Position numbers and translations under genes: made by a program. From Bigelowiella natans CCMP2755 (lineage: Eukaryota > Protista > Cercozoa): DNA of 64,000 bases. The stretch spans positions 19,804 to 83,803 of the forward strand of contig ADNK01001163.1 in NCBI GenBank assembly GCA_000320545.1, written 5' to 3'. Of the stretch, positions 39,240 through 52,099 are shown piece by piece; the first letter of the stretch is position 1, and each line of letters begins with the position of its first letter. Under the pieces are notes generated by a model that had not been told where the DNA came from, did not search any database, and saw only the letters and a list, made by a program, of their open reading frames with translations.

Positions 39240-41100
39240 ACGCTGGCACGGTGCAAAGTGCGCACGTTTTTGCCCGTGCGCTCCGTGGCCCACGGGGGCC
39301 ACACAGATGCTTTGCGTCGACGCCACATTGCTGCTCTGGTGCTGGTCTGGCAGTTGCATTGCTCCACAACAGTCAGACACCAGTCTCAAGTTCCTGCGTC
39401 AGTGGGCGAACTTGCTTGCGAAACCAGCCTTGGTTTCGAGGTGGTCCTGGAGGACAGAGAAGGCCACGTGCCCTGCCTCACGTGCGTTTGACTGTTGCAG
39501 CGGCAGCGCCATCAGTGCTCACTCACGACCACACGAAGCGTGCACTCTCGCACATTGTGCAAGTTGAGTCGTGGTGGTGCGGATCGAAGTTGCGCGGCTG
39601 TGCAAGCTGACTGCGCAGCTTGCACAGCCGCACAATTGTCCGGCGATGATGGGTTTGACCACCTAGACTACAGACACAGTGTGTGCAATGTGCGTGATTG
39701 TCTAGCTGGTGCAAGACTCCGGCAATGCGTGCGTGTGGCGTGCACAGCGCACACTTGCTTCGATTCCACGTGTGCCACTCGACTGGCCACACGTGGCACC
39801 TGCGTCCTCACGTTGTCCCCGCTCTGCTGGCGACTGCTGAGCTGGCCCGGGACAACGTGAACGCTTCAAAGGTTGCCGACCTGTCCCCTCAAATGGCACG
39901 CATCCGTGTGATGGCAACACTCGGTGATTTCACTTTGACACCAGCAGCGCGAGAGGGTGAAAAAAACAAAGTGTTTCGGCTGTGCAGCTCTCATCAAATC
40001 GTTGGACCATGCACTTCTTCGAAGTTGGACAAAGCAGCACCAGAGCAGGCCAGCAGGTTCAATGCTGCACCAATGGCTTTTTGTGGTGTGGAGACCTTTT
40101 TTGAGTGCTGATCTTGTCGTTCGAACAGCAGGAAGTTCAGCACGCAGTGGGCTGTTGGCTGTGCGTGCTCTGTTCCGTGGGTTTTTTTGTTTTCGTTCCA
40201 CTTCACACTGTTTTGTGCCTCAACTTGCAAACTGGCTCAACGTGATGACCGTGGCAACTCCAATTGAGCACTTCGTCCTCCATTGCGATGATTGCGTGGC
40301 CGTCACCATGGTGGCAGTGTGGCAGCATGGCAGTGAGAACACAAGGAACATCGTTGGGAACGGACCCCGGCAGTCCCACGTCCAAAGTTCTTTTCAAAGC
40401 TTGTGATTCCATGGAGCTCTGCCTGTGCACGTTGTGTTCGCTGTTTTCGTTTTTCCGAGATCTCCACACGTTGGAGCCACGTCTAGCACGTGCCTGCTGG
40501 TCGCCACGTGCCAGCGTGCCAGCGATTTGCAATGCTTCAACCTCACACTTGACAGCACGAGAGGTGTCGAACAACGTGCACGATCAGACGACCTCAAAGG
40601 AAACTTTCTCTTGCTCCGTGTGTGCAATTTCAGCCAGGTGCGGTGTGCAGAAAGGCTGGAAGGGAGTGTTTTTCAAAAGTTGGCCTTGCCACCACAGACC
40701 AAGCACCAATCCCAGCCAGCCAGACACGTTTCCAGATGCTCCCATTTGAATTTTCCTTGCAGGTTCAGGGAAGTGTTCCGCCATGAAGCTTGTTTCTGGT
40801 GGGCTGCTTTGCCTTCTGTCAATGATTGCTGGCATTGTTGCGACGAGCGCTCGCAGCGCTCTGGCGCTGGCGCACGCAGTGCTGGAGTGGTTGGATTGGG
40901 GGAATCGAACGGAAGTGCGCTGTGCACGAGCACTTGAGAACCACACGCACAAGTGCCATGCTCTGGTGCTTGGACAGAATCATCATCGTGGTGATGATCT
41001 GGATGCTGGAATGATGATTTTGAACAGCGTGAACCATGCATGCTAGCATGTTGACCACATCACCACGTGGCACGTGCAGTGCCAGAGTGCCATGAAAAGT
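39240..41100. other. GC-rich, TG/CA-skewed relic sequence interrupted by the retrotransposon (continues at ~33300-33523)
   Basis: Same composition as the other islands; long frames broken mostly by TGA; no recognisable domain. Confidence 0.5.
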
Positions 41101-41178
41101 CTAGAGTGTCCCAACAGTAAATGAAAGACATTCGATTCATGCTTCAAAACTTTTGACGGACACTTTCATTCACTGCGA

Positions 41179-42487
41179 TCATTTCCCTTTTTTGGCAAGC
41201 TTCAAGGCTGTTTGTGCAGCCTTGCGTGTCTCATGAACGAAAGGTGCAGGTTTGTTCTTTTTGCGTGTTTTGAAGCCCTTTGCAATTACACCCGTGGGAC
41301 TACAACTTGGCCTTCCTCCTGAACTCCTACCTTCTCCACCTCCCATAGGATGGTCAACAGGGTTCATAGCTACACCACGAACCTGCACAGCATTGTCTAT
41401 GAGAGCACAATCGAAGGATTTGAGTCTCGGAAAATGTTGCGTGTAAACTCACATGAGGCCTCCTTCCTAGATGCCTTTTTCTCCCAGCCTTTCCAAGCTT
41501 GCGAATTTTATGAAGAGGATTCGATACAGCTCCTAATTCGGAAAACCAATTAGAGCGGAGAACATTGAGAACAGTGCAGACTGTTGAGCATACCCACGGT
41601 GCAGAGAGAATCAAGAGGTACAAATCTTTTCTCGCCAGACTGCTGCCGAACAAGTGCGTATCCTTCTTTCATTTGTTTGTCCAACATGGTTAGATATGTT
41701 CCTGCGGCCCTTCCGAGTTGTGCTCCTTTCCCAGGTTCCATTTCGACGCAGCAAACACTGGAATATTCAAACAAATTAATGATACCCTCGCCGACAGAAT
41801 TTGTCAAAATATCTGTGAAGTTAGAGATAGTTTACTCTTGTCCAAGGGGGATATGCTTGAGTGGCATACAGTTTCCTGTCTTTATTTTCAATTCCTCCAT
41901 CGAAGTCATAATTTCATCACCGGGAGTCAGGGCTTGCGGAGCGATGATGTACTGATTGTGATGGGGATGTTAATATGCTGGCAATGGAGTAAAAAATATA
42001 AACAATCCCTACCCTAAACGCCTCCTCGCCCTCTAGGTGAGGATATCTCAATAGAGCTATCTCCGCTGATCGATTTGGATCATACTCGATACGTTCAACA
42101 ATTGCGGGCATGTCAAATATATTTCTCTTGTAGTCTATGATCCGATAACGACGCTTATGCCCCCCGCCACGATGGCGAACGCAGATCCTTCCCTTGTTGT
42201 TTCTTCCAGCTTTTTTCCTAATTGCCTCCGTAAGATGCATCATTGGCTTCCCTTTCCAAAGATGGGATCTAAAATAATTTAGTACAAGAGGAGACATTAA
42301 ATTCGGATATAATCCCTAGAAAATCTACAAATACCGGTCTATCCTGACTTGATGGCGCACACCAGGCGAGTAAGGCCTCATCTTTCGGACTTTTCTGTGA
42401 TAATAAAAGTTTGCATTCTTCACCTTCATAACATCTAAATTAAACAATAATATACACATACATGTATGTGTATACATATTATATACG

Positions 42488-42537
<50 letters not shown>

Positions 42538-42929
42538 ATACTAGTACATTTAGTATTAACATACGCGCTAGTGATACTGCTTGCAGGTCCACTGCTCATC
42601 ATCTTTCCAAGTTCGCTTGGAGTTGGATCAGGAACAATATTTGTGGAGAACGAGAATGATGATGTTATTTCTGAGCCTCGTCGAGATTGTGGGGAAAAGG
42701 GGGTAGATCTTTTCGGAAATATCAGGTAATTTGTAGAGGTTGCTCGTACATGCTGTTTGAAAACACTCTGAAGAGAGAAGCGCAACGACGCGAAGGGGGG
42801 CATGATGCGGTGCGCAGCCTGAGAGAGTGTATGGTATGATCTCTGATAACTCTCAAGAAGTCTCCACAAAGTCTCTGTAACAAATGTGCCTTTTCCTGTC
42901 GCAGGGTGGATTTGCCCTTCATTAGACAT
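41179..42929 (-). CDS. MRPL2: mitochondrial ribosomal protein uL2m (multi-exon)
   Basis: [82 protein letters not shown]; N-terminal presequence-like extension; start codon uncertain. Confidence 0.93.
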
Positions 42930-43054
42930 AGACGACTAGTATTCAAACACTAATATTAAAAGTAGTAATATCAGGAGATCCATCATCACAAAGGGCTTCC
43001 CTCGAAAACAGGCTCCTCCCTCCCGCCCAAACATCCAGCTCCTGTTTTCGGATC

Positions 43055-43990
43055 ATGAGGACGATGGTCCAAGACCAATACCAATCTTGTAAATGTTGTC
43101 ATTGCTGTTGTCCTTGCTGCCACAGCTATTGCAAGTGCCAGAATTCAAACATCATATTTAGTAGTAGTCGGCGGGACACCATTAGCAGCAGCACTAGTGC
43201 CAGCACCGGTAGTAGTAGCAGAAGTAGTAGCGCCACCTTACGCGATTTTGTTGATAGCGAGAGAGCTAGATGGTCGCAAAGATATGAAGAAAAAGAATTT
43301 GCATTTGGATGCAGAGCTTCAAAACCTCCTCCGGAATTAACTAAGCGAGATAGACTAGTACTAGAAGGTCTCCATTGGCCTACCTTCATGAATCAGCAGA
43401 GATACGAAGAAGAAGACGAAGAAGAAAAAGAGGGGAAAGGAGAGATTCTCGCACCAATCCAGTCTACATTTTCAGAATCATTTCGAGATACAATCTTGAA
43501 TGATAAAGCAGACTCATCTAGAGATCATCAAATTCTCAAGCATAGAGAGTCTTTGAGCCCTAATGCACCCAGATATAAAAGTAGTCAGTTATCATCCATA
43601 CACAGCGGAAAGAGGAAAGTGTTGCAGCATAGCCCATCATCAACAAAATTAAATTATTTGGAAATGCTTAGTGGATTCAGTTCACCAGATCAAAGTTCTG
43701 CCTCTACATTGAGATACATCAGTCCTTTGAGCAAATGCCCACCAACGAGCGTAAGAAAGGGAAAATCTACATCATCCAAAGTGGGTGATGAAGTTTCAGA
43801 TTCAACTCTGCAGCAAGTATTATTACTACCGAGTATGACAATTACTGAATCAGAATGCCCTTCTTCGGGGTCGTCTCTTGAGCATCCCAGCTTTAGGACA
43901 AAGACGATGAGCAAGTTTAACAACACCACAATTTCGTCAAAACTCGTTGAAATAGAGTCATTGCGATTTACTAGTGTTATTGATCGTTAA
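43055..43990 (+). CDS. intronless 311-aa Ser-rich hypothetical protein
   Basis: Long uninterrupted ORF, head-to-head with uL2m; no recognisable domain. Confidence 0.6.
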   Translation: MRTMVQDQYQSCKCCHCCCPCCHSYCKCQNSNIIFSSSRRDTISSSTSASTGSSSRSSSATLRDFVDSERARWSQRYEEKEFAFGCRASKPPPELTKRDRLVLEGLHWPTFMNQQRYEEEDEEEKEGKGEILAPIQSTFSESFRDTILNDKADSSRDHQILKHRESLSPNAPRYKSSQLSSIHSGKRKVLQHSPSSTKLNYLEMLSGFSSPDQSSASTLRYISPLSKCPPTSVRKGKSTSSKVGDEVSDSTLQQVLLLPSMTITESECPSSGSSLEHPSFRTKTMSKFNNTTISSKLVEIESLRFTSVIDR

Positions 43991-44079
43991 AATTCGCCTG
44001 CTCTTCTGTAGCCCTTTAAAATCTCGGCTGCTACTCTGTGGCTAGCTTTATTCAACTCCTTTCTTTCTAGGAGCATCTT

Positions 44080-45110
44080 ATGCGTGGCTTCATGAGCGCG
44101 CGCACCCATCTTTGCAATCCATGTGTTCTTGGGTCAAGTTCGGTACAAAGTTAGCCATTCATCATCTATCTCTAGATCTGTCTTGCACTGGAGGTAATTT
44201 CTTGGGCTCACATAGCACATAGCGAGCCATCTCAGTAATGTCTAGATGGACGTCGCATGGGGCAGATGAAGTTATTGGACCTATGTCGCATCAAATGAAG
44301 AGGTACGTTAGCGTGTGTTGCACTGCCAGTAATGCGTGCGAGTCCCGGTGGTGGTTCATGATCGGAGCATTTCGATCTGCGCTGGGCTGCTGCGCTAGCG
44401 TAGCTGTTTGTGAATGTGCGTTATGCATTATGCTCGGGACATTGCCATCGATTGTCGGCTCCGCCATGCTGCCGGCTATGTATAGCTAGCAGCCGCTTTA
44501 TAGGTCCGCGGCACATGTCTAGATGCGATGTCATCACTAGATCAGTCATTATAATCGCAAGTCAGAGCGTACGTACAAGCTTGGCTTTATTGTTGCAATC
44601 GAACATCACTGTATACACAGATCAAGCACAATGCGCAAGGAATCATTGCATGCTTTCATTGCCCGCCTGCCCGCCTGCCCGCCTGCCCACCTGCCCGTGG
44701 CTAGCTGGGAAGGGAAGTACATGAGTAAATTTGTGTCTTGCTGCGTTGAGACACATGCTAGCAGGATGCTCGCATGCATGGCTGCACTTCAGTTACTATA
44801 GGTTAGCACGTGCAAACATGCATTTAGCTGCTGCTATGTGCATGCTGCCGCAGGCTACTAGCAGGCTACTAGCTGATGCGCACTGTTTCACAGTCTCTCT
44901 AGCTCTATACTAAATGTCCAGATGCATCATGGCCGCGGGCACTTATCGTCGCATACATATACATTAGAGTAGTCTTGCGCATAGCAGCATGCAAGTCCCC
45001 AAGCTAGTCATCACGACATGCGCGTATGTGCGTTCACAACAATAACAGTCTCAAAATGGTTGCAATGTGGCACATGGCTGCTCGTCTAGATGTTTGGCAC
45101 ACATGTGAAG
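44080..45110. other. TG/CA- and CTAG-rich intergenic island
   Basis: Repeated GCTAGC, CTAGAT, GCATG words between convergent 3' ends. Confidence 0.55.
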
Positions 45111-45163
45111 AGAGATTCAGCTTTCCCTCCTTGCATCCCCCCCGTCTTCATTATTTCTGACAT

Positions 45164-46835
45164 TTACTCCTCTATATCCTCATCAGCTAAAAGACTTTCT
45201 ACCTCAGCAGGGGAAGTTACAACCGTGGTCTGATTTCTTGCAAAATCCTTCATCCGTCTGCTGATTACAGTCGAACTTTGTTTCTGTTGATGCGCTTGTT
45301 GTATCTGCTGTCTTATATATTTGCTGTTGTCTCTATTTTCTCTGACTCTTGACTCAGTCACTAGCATATCTTTTCGGTATGTATAATGCATCAAACCGTA
45401 GAAAAGAACTGTCAAAGCCCATGGCAGAATAGTCATCAACAGCAAGGCCATAGTCAAAGCCTGCACATTTTTCGTGGTAGCAGTCACCTGATTAGCAATG
45501 TAGTTTTATTATCTTTTATATCTAGCTGTGCCTACTAGTATTCAAAACCATAGTCATGATGAGCGAGAGCAAGAGAAAAACCTTTTTAAAAACTGGAGCC
45601 TTCATAGCACCATCACCATCATCATTGTTGCTATCACAAAGTTTACACCCTCCTCTGACATGATCTAGTTACTAGTGCTAACAATGCACTGCTGAAATCG
45701 ACCAAATCCCAGTCATCGTGCCATTGCCTCCTCCTCCTCCTCCTCCTCCTCCTCCTCCTCTTCCCACCTGGTTCTGGGAGTTGTTACTACTACTACTGGT
45801 GTCATCTGTGGGTGCTAATGTCTGCTCCTTTGGCGAATGAAAACCAAACCAGTTCTCTGCCAGGTAAGAAACCAGATATCCTGCAAAAGATGACGGAATA
45901 TTCTCCATGGCGCAGAAGTAGCTGTACATGGATGCTCGAGACCACTAGAATAAATGTGGTTAATAGTGAGTAGATAATAACTATAATGATGATGTGTAGA
46001 AACAAAGACTCATAAAAAGAGATGGAAAAATAAAGGGAAATATGATGATACAAGTACAATAAACAGATACAATTTATCAGATCAAGAAGATTTATTAGCA
46101 GTACATATACATTATAAATGTGCGGTAATTATAGATATATTTTGTTTATTTTTATAGAGAAATGGGAGAGGAGAGAACATCATAATTATTACTATCATTT
46201 TTCTGTCAATATATCAATATCATTCAATATATATTTTCCACTTCCACAGCCCTCGTACCGGTGGAGCTATGTCAGCAATAATGGGGCGATTTGTCCCGTT
46301 TGAAGCCCACCCAGCCAATAATCGGAAAAGAATAATACTAACTGTAAGAAATAGTGTGTCCTTTTTCTGATTTCCACCGTCATCACCAGCAGCCTCATCA
46401 TCGTGACTATCTGGTACAATCGTTAGCAGTGTGTAAACCATAACTAGGCCTGACATAACCGAAAACTGTGCAACGTAGATTCGGCCACTGTAAGGTACTT
46501 TTGAGTGTGCCCAATCACCGATGTAGCCACTTGCAAGATGGCCAAGAGAAGCGGCACAAGTACCGAAGGAAAACACTACAGCAACCTGAAAAAAGAGAGG
46601 GACAACAACGAACATCGCCAATGCTGGTGCTGATTCTGTACTACGATGATAATAAAATGTCCTGTTTACAAATACCTGGAAAGGAGTGTAGCCGATCATC
46701 TCAAGCCAAATAATAGCAAACATACCGAAAGCTCTCCAGGGAATTGTGCCAAAGATTCCTTGCAGCACAAGTAACCAGAAGGTGGGTAACTTCAATGACT
46801 TCCAATCTATTGATTGTTGCTGCTTCAATAGCCAC

Positions 46836-46880
<45 letters not shown>

Positions 46881-47100
46881 GGAAGGATGAGTGAACAAAC
46901 ATGATGTATTATCAGCGATGACTACTTTAAAGGCTCCGTGATTCCAAATCTATTTCCATTGACAGAACAAAATTTCTAGTACTACTTAATGCGTCAACAT
47001 ATTGCCAAAACAAATTATTTCTAGTACTACTTAATGCGTCAATATAACCTATTATTTTTCTGATTATGAAACTGAAATCAGCATTTCTTTATATGTGCAC

Positions 47101-47135
<35 letters not shown>

Positions 47136-48239
47136 TGTTTGATTTTGTTGTATAAAACCATAATAATGTATGACCGAGTCTCCTCCTCCTGATGCTGCTG
47201 CTCCTCGGCCTCTTCCCTCTGATACCGCTGTCTCTACTATTGGCTCTTGTCGATTGCGTCTTGGTTCTTCAAAGTATAAGGCCATTACAATGGAGAATCC
47301 CACTAACAAACCGACGATGACGATGGACAATATCATAAAGTATTAGTTAGTATGTTACATGCTCGGGTGGCAGGGCAACTATATTGAGACTAGTGGTAGT
47401 AGTGGTGGTTATTTCATGCGATAAGATCCATTTTTTTCCCTTCATAATTCTTCCTCTTCTACTCGTCCCTGTCTTGTTGTTGTTGTTGATCATTATCATC
47501 ATCATAATTGTCATACACTACTATTGTAGAAGTGTGGTGAAAGTAGTAAGTAATCCACTACCCGAAACAATGCCGACAAACAGGAGACATAATCTCCATC
47601 CATGAATAACGCCAAAGATAATCTTTTCAGAGATGGAAGTTGAGACAAACTGACCCAAAAGAGTGCCAAATGAACCAACAAATGCCAACTTTCCAAAGAG
47701 TTCCCCTCTTCTCTCCGAAGGAACCATATCCGCCACACAACTACATAATGGTATTATTAATCAAAACAAAATATAAACAATGAGAAAATGAGAATGTGCT
47801 TCTGCACACACAAAATGAAACTATAATTCGTGGAAATAACAGTTTGGAACAAAATACCTCTGTGTGGATTGAAAGCTAGTACCAAAAATAAGATCTTTTT
47901 TTATATGTGTATTTGCATATGGTATTATTACAACCTCTTTGATGATGTGCCGTAACGACGTGTGTATGATAGGAGTTGATACCATATGCAAGTCAATGTG
48001 AAACGATTGTATTTAGTAGTATAAATGATTTATGAAGAATAATGTGACAGAAGATCATCTTATAATGAGATATGTAATAATTGTAGCAACGGTAGTACAA
48101 GCGAGTAGTAGGCTGATTAAACAACGCAGCAGCTTACACGCATCACAAACGTGAAATTAAACATAAAAATAAAAATATAGCTGTTAGAACTCCAGATATC
48201 ATAACCACCGCCACCACCACCACCAGCATATTTATATAT

Positions 48240-48312
<73 letters not shown>

Positions 48313-49700
48313 CAACTATAGTCCCTACCTGCATCATAGGCGATACTGAAAACAGAAAGGAGGCAGCAAGAGTACGATAGACCTGTAGGAAAATTGTAGT
48401 AATTTGTTTCAACGCCGTTAATACATATCATTTAAGGAGTGAAGGGGAACGTTTAGCTGCAATTTTCTATTATTATAAGATAAAGTACAGCAGTAGTTAT
48501 CATCAAGCACCATCAATAATTAAAATCATTCTATTAATACCACTATTACCATGAAATGATTCATAGAATTAGCTGCTGCACATCCAATAGTAAAGAATCC
48601 CCACAGCAAAGAGGCTCCGGCTAGCACAACCTTTCGCGGCATTCTATCTCCAAGTGTTCCCCTGGTTCACCATCCAAATGGCAACAACTCAGTGATAATA
48701 AGATTGTGTAATGTGTGCTCGGTTGTGATGTAAGAGGATGATGATAGGATGATGATGTTGATGAGCTCAGGGTTGAGTTGTGATATTGTAACGTTGGTGT
48801 ATTCAAAATTGATTATTTTGAGGGGAGTGAAAACGACAAGAAGGTAAATACCGACAAGTGCATCTCTTTCATTTCTAAATGCATAAGCAACTATAGAATA
48901 GGCGGCGATGGAAATCATAATTTAGATATTATACCACAACCCATCATCAACTCACTACTACTTGTAGGCAAAATTACCAGATCGGCATTGCCACACATCC
49001 GATGAGGCTTTGAAGCAGATAAAGTGTTCCAATGTCTGAGAGTTTCGCATTAAATTCCTGCTGTAAAGCTCTTGCCATTCCTAAGGGGTAGGAATTGATC
49101 AGTTAGAGTATCGTCCGTCTCTGCCATAAATATATCTCTCTGTGCGCTGCCACCTACCTACCCACCTACCGGGAAGAATTGTAAAATCCAGAAGGTCAAG
49201 TACATTGCACATTGCCAGAAGGGTCAGGTTGTTTGTTCTTGTGATTTCTGGTGGTGTAGGATCATCGGTGCTTCTGGCAGCAGGAGGAAAGGCGGCATGT
49301 AAAGCACTTCCTTTTTCCCGATCAAAGGCTGCTTTATTTTTATTATCAGCTTCGTCTTTCGTGGGTCTACCCTTCATTACACTATTTAAGCCCAAATAAA
49401 TCACTTCCACGGCAGAAAATCGGGGTTGAGATGAATGGCAACGACGGGGGAAAAGGAGATGGGGAGAAAAATCGTTCGAGTTAGTATTCACTCTTTGCGT
49501 GTTGTGACTTCAAACGCATCTAAGCTTGGTTTTCCTCTTCCTTTCAACATCCGTTTCCCGTCATCGTTACTGCCGTCGTTGTAATAAACGTAATTTCGTC
49601 GACGTAGTAGCACATTAGTGCCTGTTGAGGGGGAGAATGCTCGAATGCTCCTCCTTCGTTCGTCGTCGTATGGCGGAACGTGTCGTCGTTGTCGTCGTCG

Positions 49701-49746
<46 letters not shown>

Positions 49747-49799
49747 AGATCTACAGCAATCACAACGCCACAAAACACTAGAAGAAACAACGACAACAT
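45164..49799 (-). CDS. Spinster-like major facilitator superfamily transporter with a long N-terminal extension (multi-exon)
   Basis: Spliced: LTLLAMCNVLDLLDFTILPG|MARALQQEFNAKLSDIG..., GTLGDRMPRKVVLAG (MFS motif A), ADMVPSERRGELFG, HGWRLCL, PTFWLLVLQGIFGTIPW, LASGYIGDW, GWASNGTNRPIIADIAPP, ALTMALLLMTILPW. Confidence 0.88.
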
Positions 49800-49924
49800 G
49801 TGTGTTGTCGCATGTAATAAATGCAGGACAATTGGGTCGTGTCGTAGGGGTGGAAAAGGGTGTATCCGACCACACGCATAAGAACAGCCTCCAACCAGTC
49901 AAGTGGAACGATACGATACGATCG

Positions 49925-50886
49925 ATGTCTCTCAACGTGCCAAGGCTACCTCGTGCTCCCCGTGCTGCTGGAACGCTGGCACAAGTCTTCTTAGGGGCAG
50001 CAGGTGCTGCATATCTGGCCTACAATGGTCTCTACAACGTCCAAAGTGGTCACAAGGCTGTTCTCTTTAGTCGATACTCCGGAGTGCAGAAAGAGGTGCG
50101 TGGAATGCGTGGTGTGCGTTAAGGATAGTCTTAGTACACCTTAGAGAAAGTATTCTCAACCAAATATAAACATAAATTCTTTATTTTTAGGTTTACGGGG
50201 AAGGGACACGTTTCTGTGTACCTTGGTTGCACCAACCACAAATATTTGACGTGCGTACCAGACCGAAAAAAGTGCGGTCAATCTCGGGAACAAAGGACTT
50301 GCAGATGGTTGATATCGAGATGCGTGTCCTCTACAAACCAAATGTGAACCGACTGCCGACTATTTGGTCGCGTTTTGGCACAGACTATGACGATCGAGTG
50401 CTCCCCTCAATCATCTCGGAAACCTTAAAAGCCACAATTGCCCAATTTGATGCCGCACAATTGATCACGAAAAGAGAGGAAGTGAGCCGTCTCGTGCGGC
50501 GAAATTTGAAGGAACGTGCTGCAAGAGATTTCTATATCAATGTTGAAGACGTAGCTATCACCCATTTGAGCTTCGGTAGGGAGTACACAAAAGCCATCGA
50601 AGATAAACAAGTTGCTCAACAGGAAGCAGAACGTGCCAAATTTCTTGTCCAACGAGCATTGGAAGAAAAAAAGGCGCTTATCATCCAAGCGCAAGGAGAG
50701 GCTAAATCTGCAGAGCTGATCGGCAAGGCTCTCGAAAAAGATGCTAGTTATCTTGAACTAAAACGTCTTGAGACTGCCAAAGATATTGCAAATAACGTTG
50801 CTAGATCGAACAATCAGGTATATCTTTCCTCTGATTCCCTTCTCCTAAATCTCCTGGAACCTGCCGATACCTCATCGAGAAGGTAA
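49925..50886 (+). CDS. PHB2: prohibitin 2 (2 exons: 49925-50095, 50191-50886)
   Basis: N-terminal anchor, YNVQSGHKAVLFSR, VRTRPKKVRSISGTKDLQMV, DYDDRVLPSI, KQVAQQEAERAKFLV; TAA at 50884-50886. Confidence 0.95.
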
Positions 50887-51099
50887 ATGAACAAATACCG
50901 GTCGTGATGCCGTGGCTGGTGACTTGATGCCCTATGAGTTGTTTATACGCCACGCAAAGCGACCTGTTGCGTGCAATCTATGTGATTTATCATTCTATGA
51001 CAAAGCATTTCCACGCCATTCGTAAATCTAGTGATAGCGATCCTAATAGCAGCAAGCGGATGATTCTATCGAAAATGTTATGCTGTGTTGAAGAATGTG

Positions 51100-52090
51100 T
51101 ACTCTAATACTCACTAGCTCTACAATCGCATCACATTACGCGCGCGTGCCTAGCAGACGCATCGTAGCGCTGCTACACATAGTTTGAAAATGAACTTGTG
51201 GACGTGTGGATTCTATAGCATGTCCAGATTAGCCGCCGCTGCGTGTCTAGGTATGCTTGTATGACACACGACAATCAGAGACATGCCCAATCCTAGCTAG
51301 TAGCTATAGCTAGACTAGTAGAGCTGTGAATAATAATGTGACATGTTCTGTCATTGTTGTCAAGCGTGTGCATGGCATTGTTTGACGACTAATCTAGCTA
51401 GCTAGCTAGCATTGACTGCAAATGACCCAAGATGCTCCGCGCTGTGTGCACATCCAACGTACGCGCGCTGCTAGATGAACACGTACAGTACGTCCACAAT
51501 CAATGATGCGATCAAATTTACAGCGCTTGTGATCATTACACATCGATCATAGCGGAAATCAACTGATTCAACATTATTAGCGTTGTACTAGTGTAGCCGC
51601 TGCATTGCACAATTTGCACAGCTACATGTGAGGATGACCATTGAACAAATTTACATGTAGCCTAGTAAAGGGCTACACAACGTACGTACCGGGCTACCTA
51701 GCGGGTCAAAAACACATGTGTTCTAAGAACATGTGAATAGAACTACATGTGTTCGCACGTGTGTACGCAACAACATAGCCTATTAAAGGGCTATAAATTT
51801 TATTTGATTCATTGCATCCGTCTCACATTATGATGTCCGTCTCATTTAGCTGCAACATTCGCTCGCGCGCGTGGCACGTCACGCAGGCGCAACAAGCATG
51901 CCAATTTTGCAAGCACATGAAACACATAATCGCCGAATTCATACAAACACGATCTTAGCGCTGTAGCCGCCACTCATAGCTACATTAGGATGACCATTGA
52001 AGAATGTAATTGTTTCATTACATCCATCTCTTGTGCAACAGCTAGATCTAGAGATCAACACAGTCCCCGATCGAGTGAACATGGCCAGCA
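51100..52090. other. TG/CA- and CTAG-rich island containing repeat family A copies
   Basis: CTAGCTAGTAGCTATAGCTAGACTAG (~51293); family A copies at 51592-51660, ~51808 and 51961-52030. Confidence 0.6.
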
Positions 52091-52099
52091 AGTTGTAAA

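Noticed and set aside
46975-47045. Short local tandem duplications (also ~10345-10440, 25370-25440, 61010-61060)
   Set aside because: Two-copy slippage duplications in introns; no spacer structure, so not CRISPR-like or otherwise informative.
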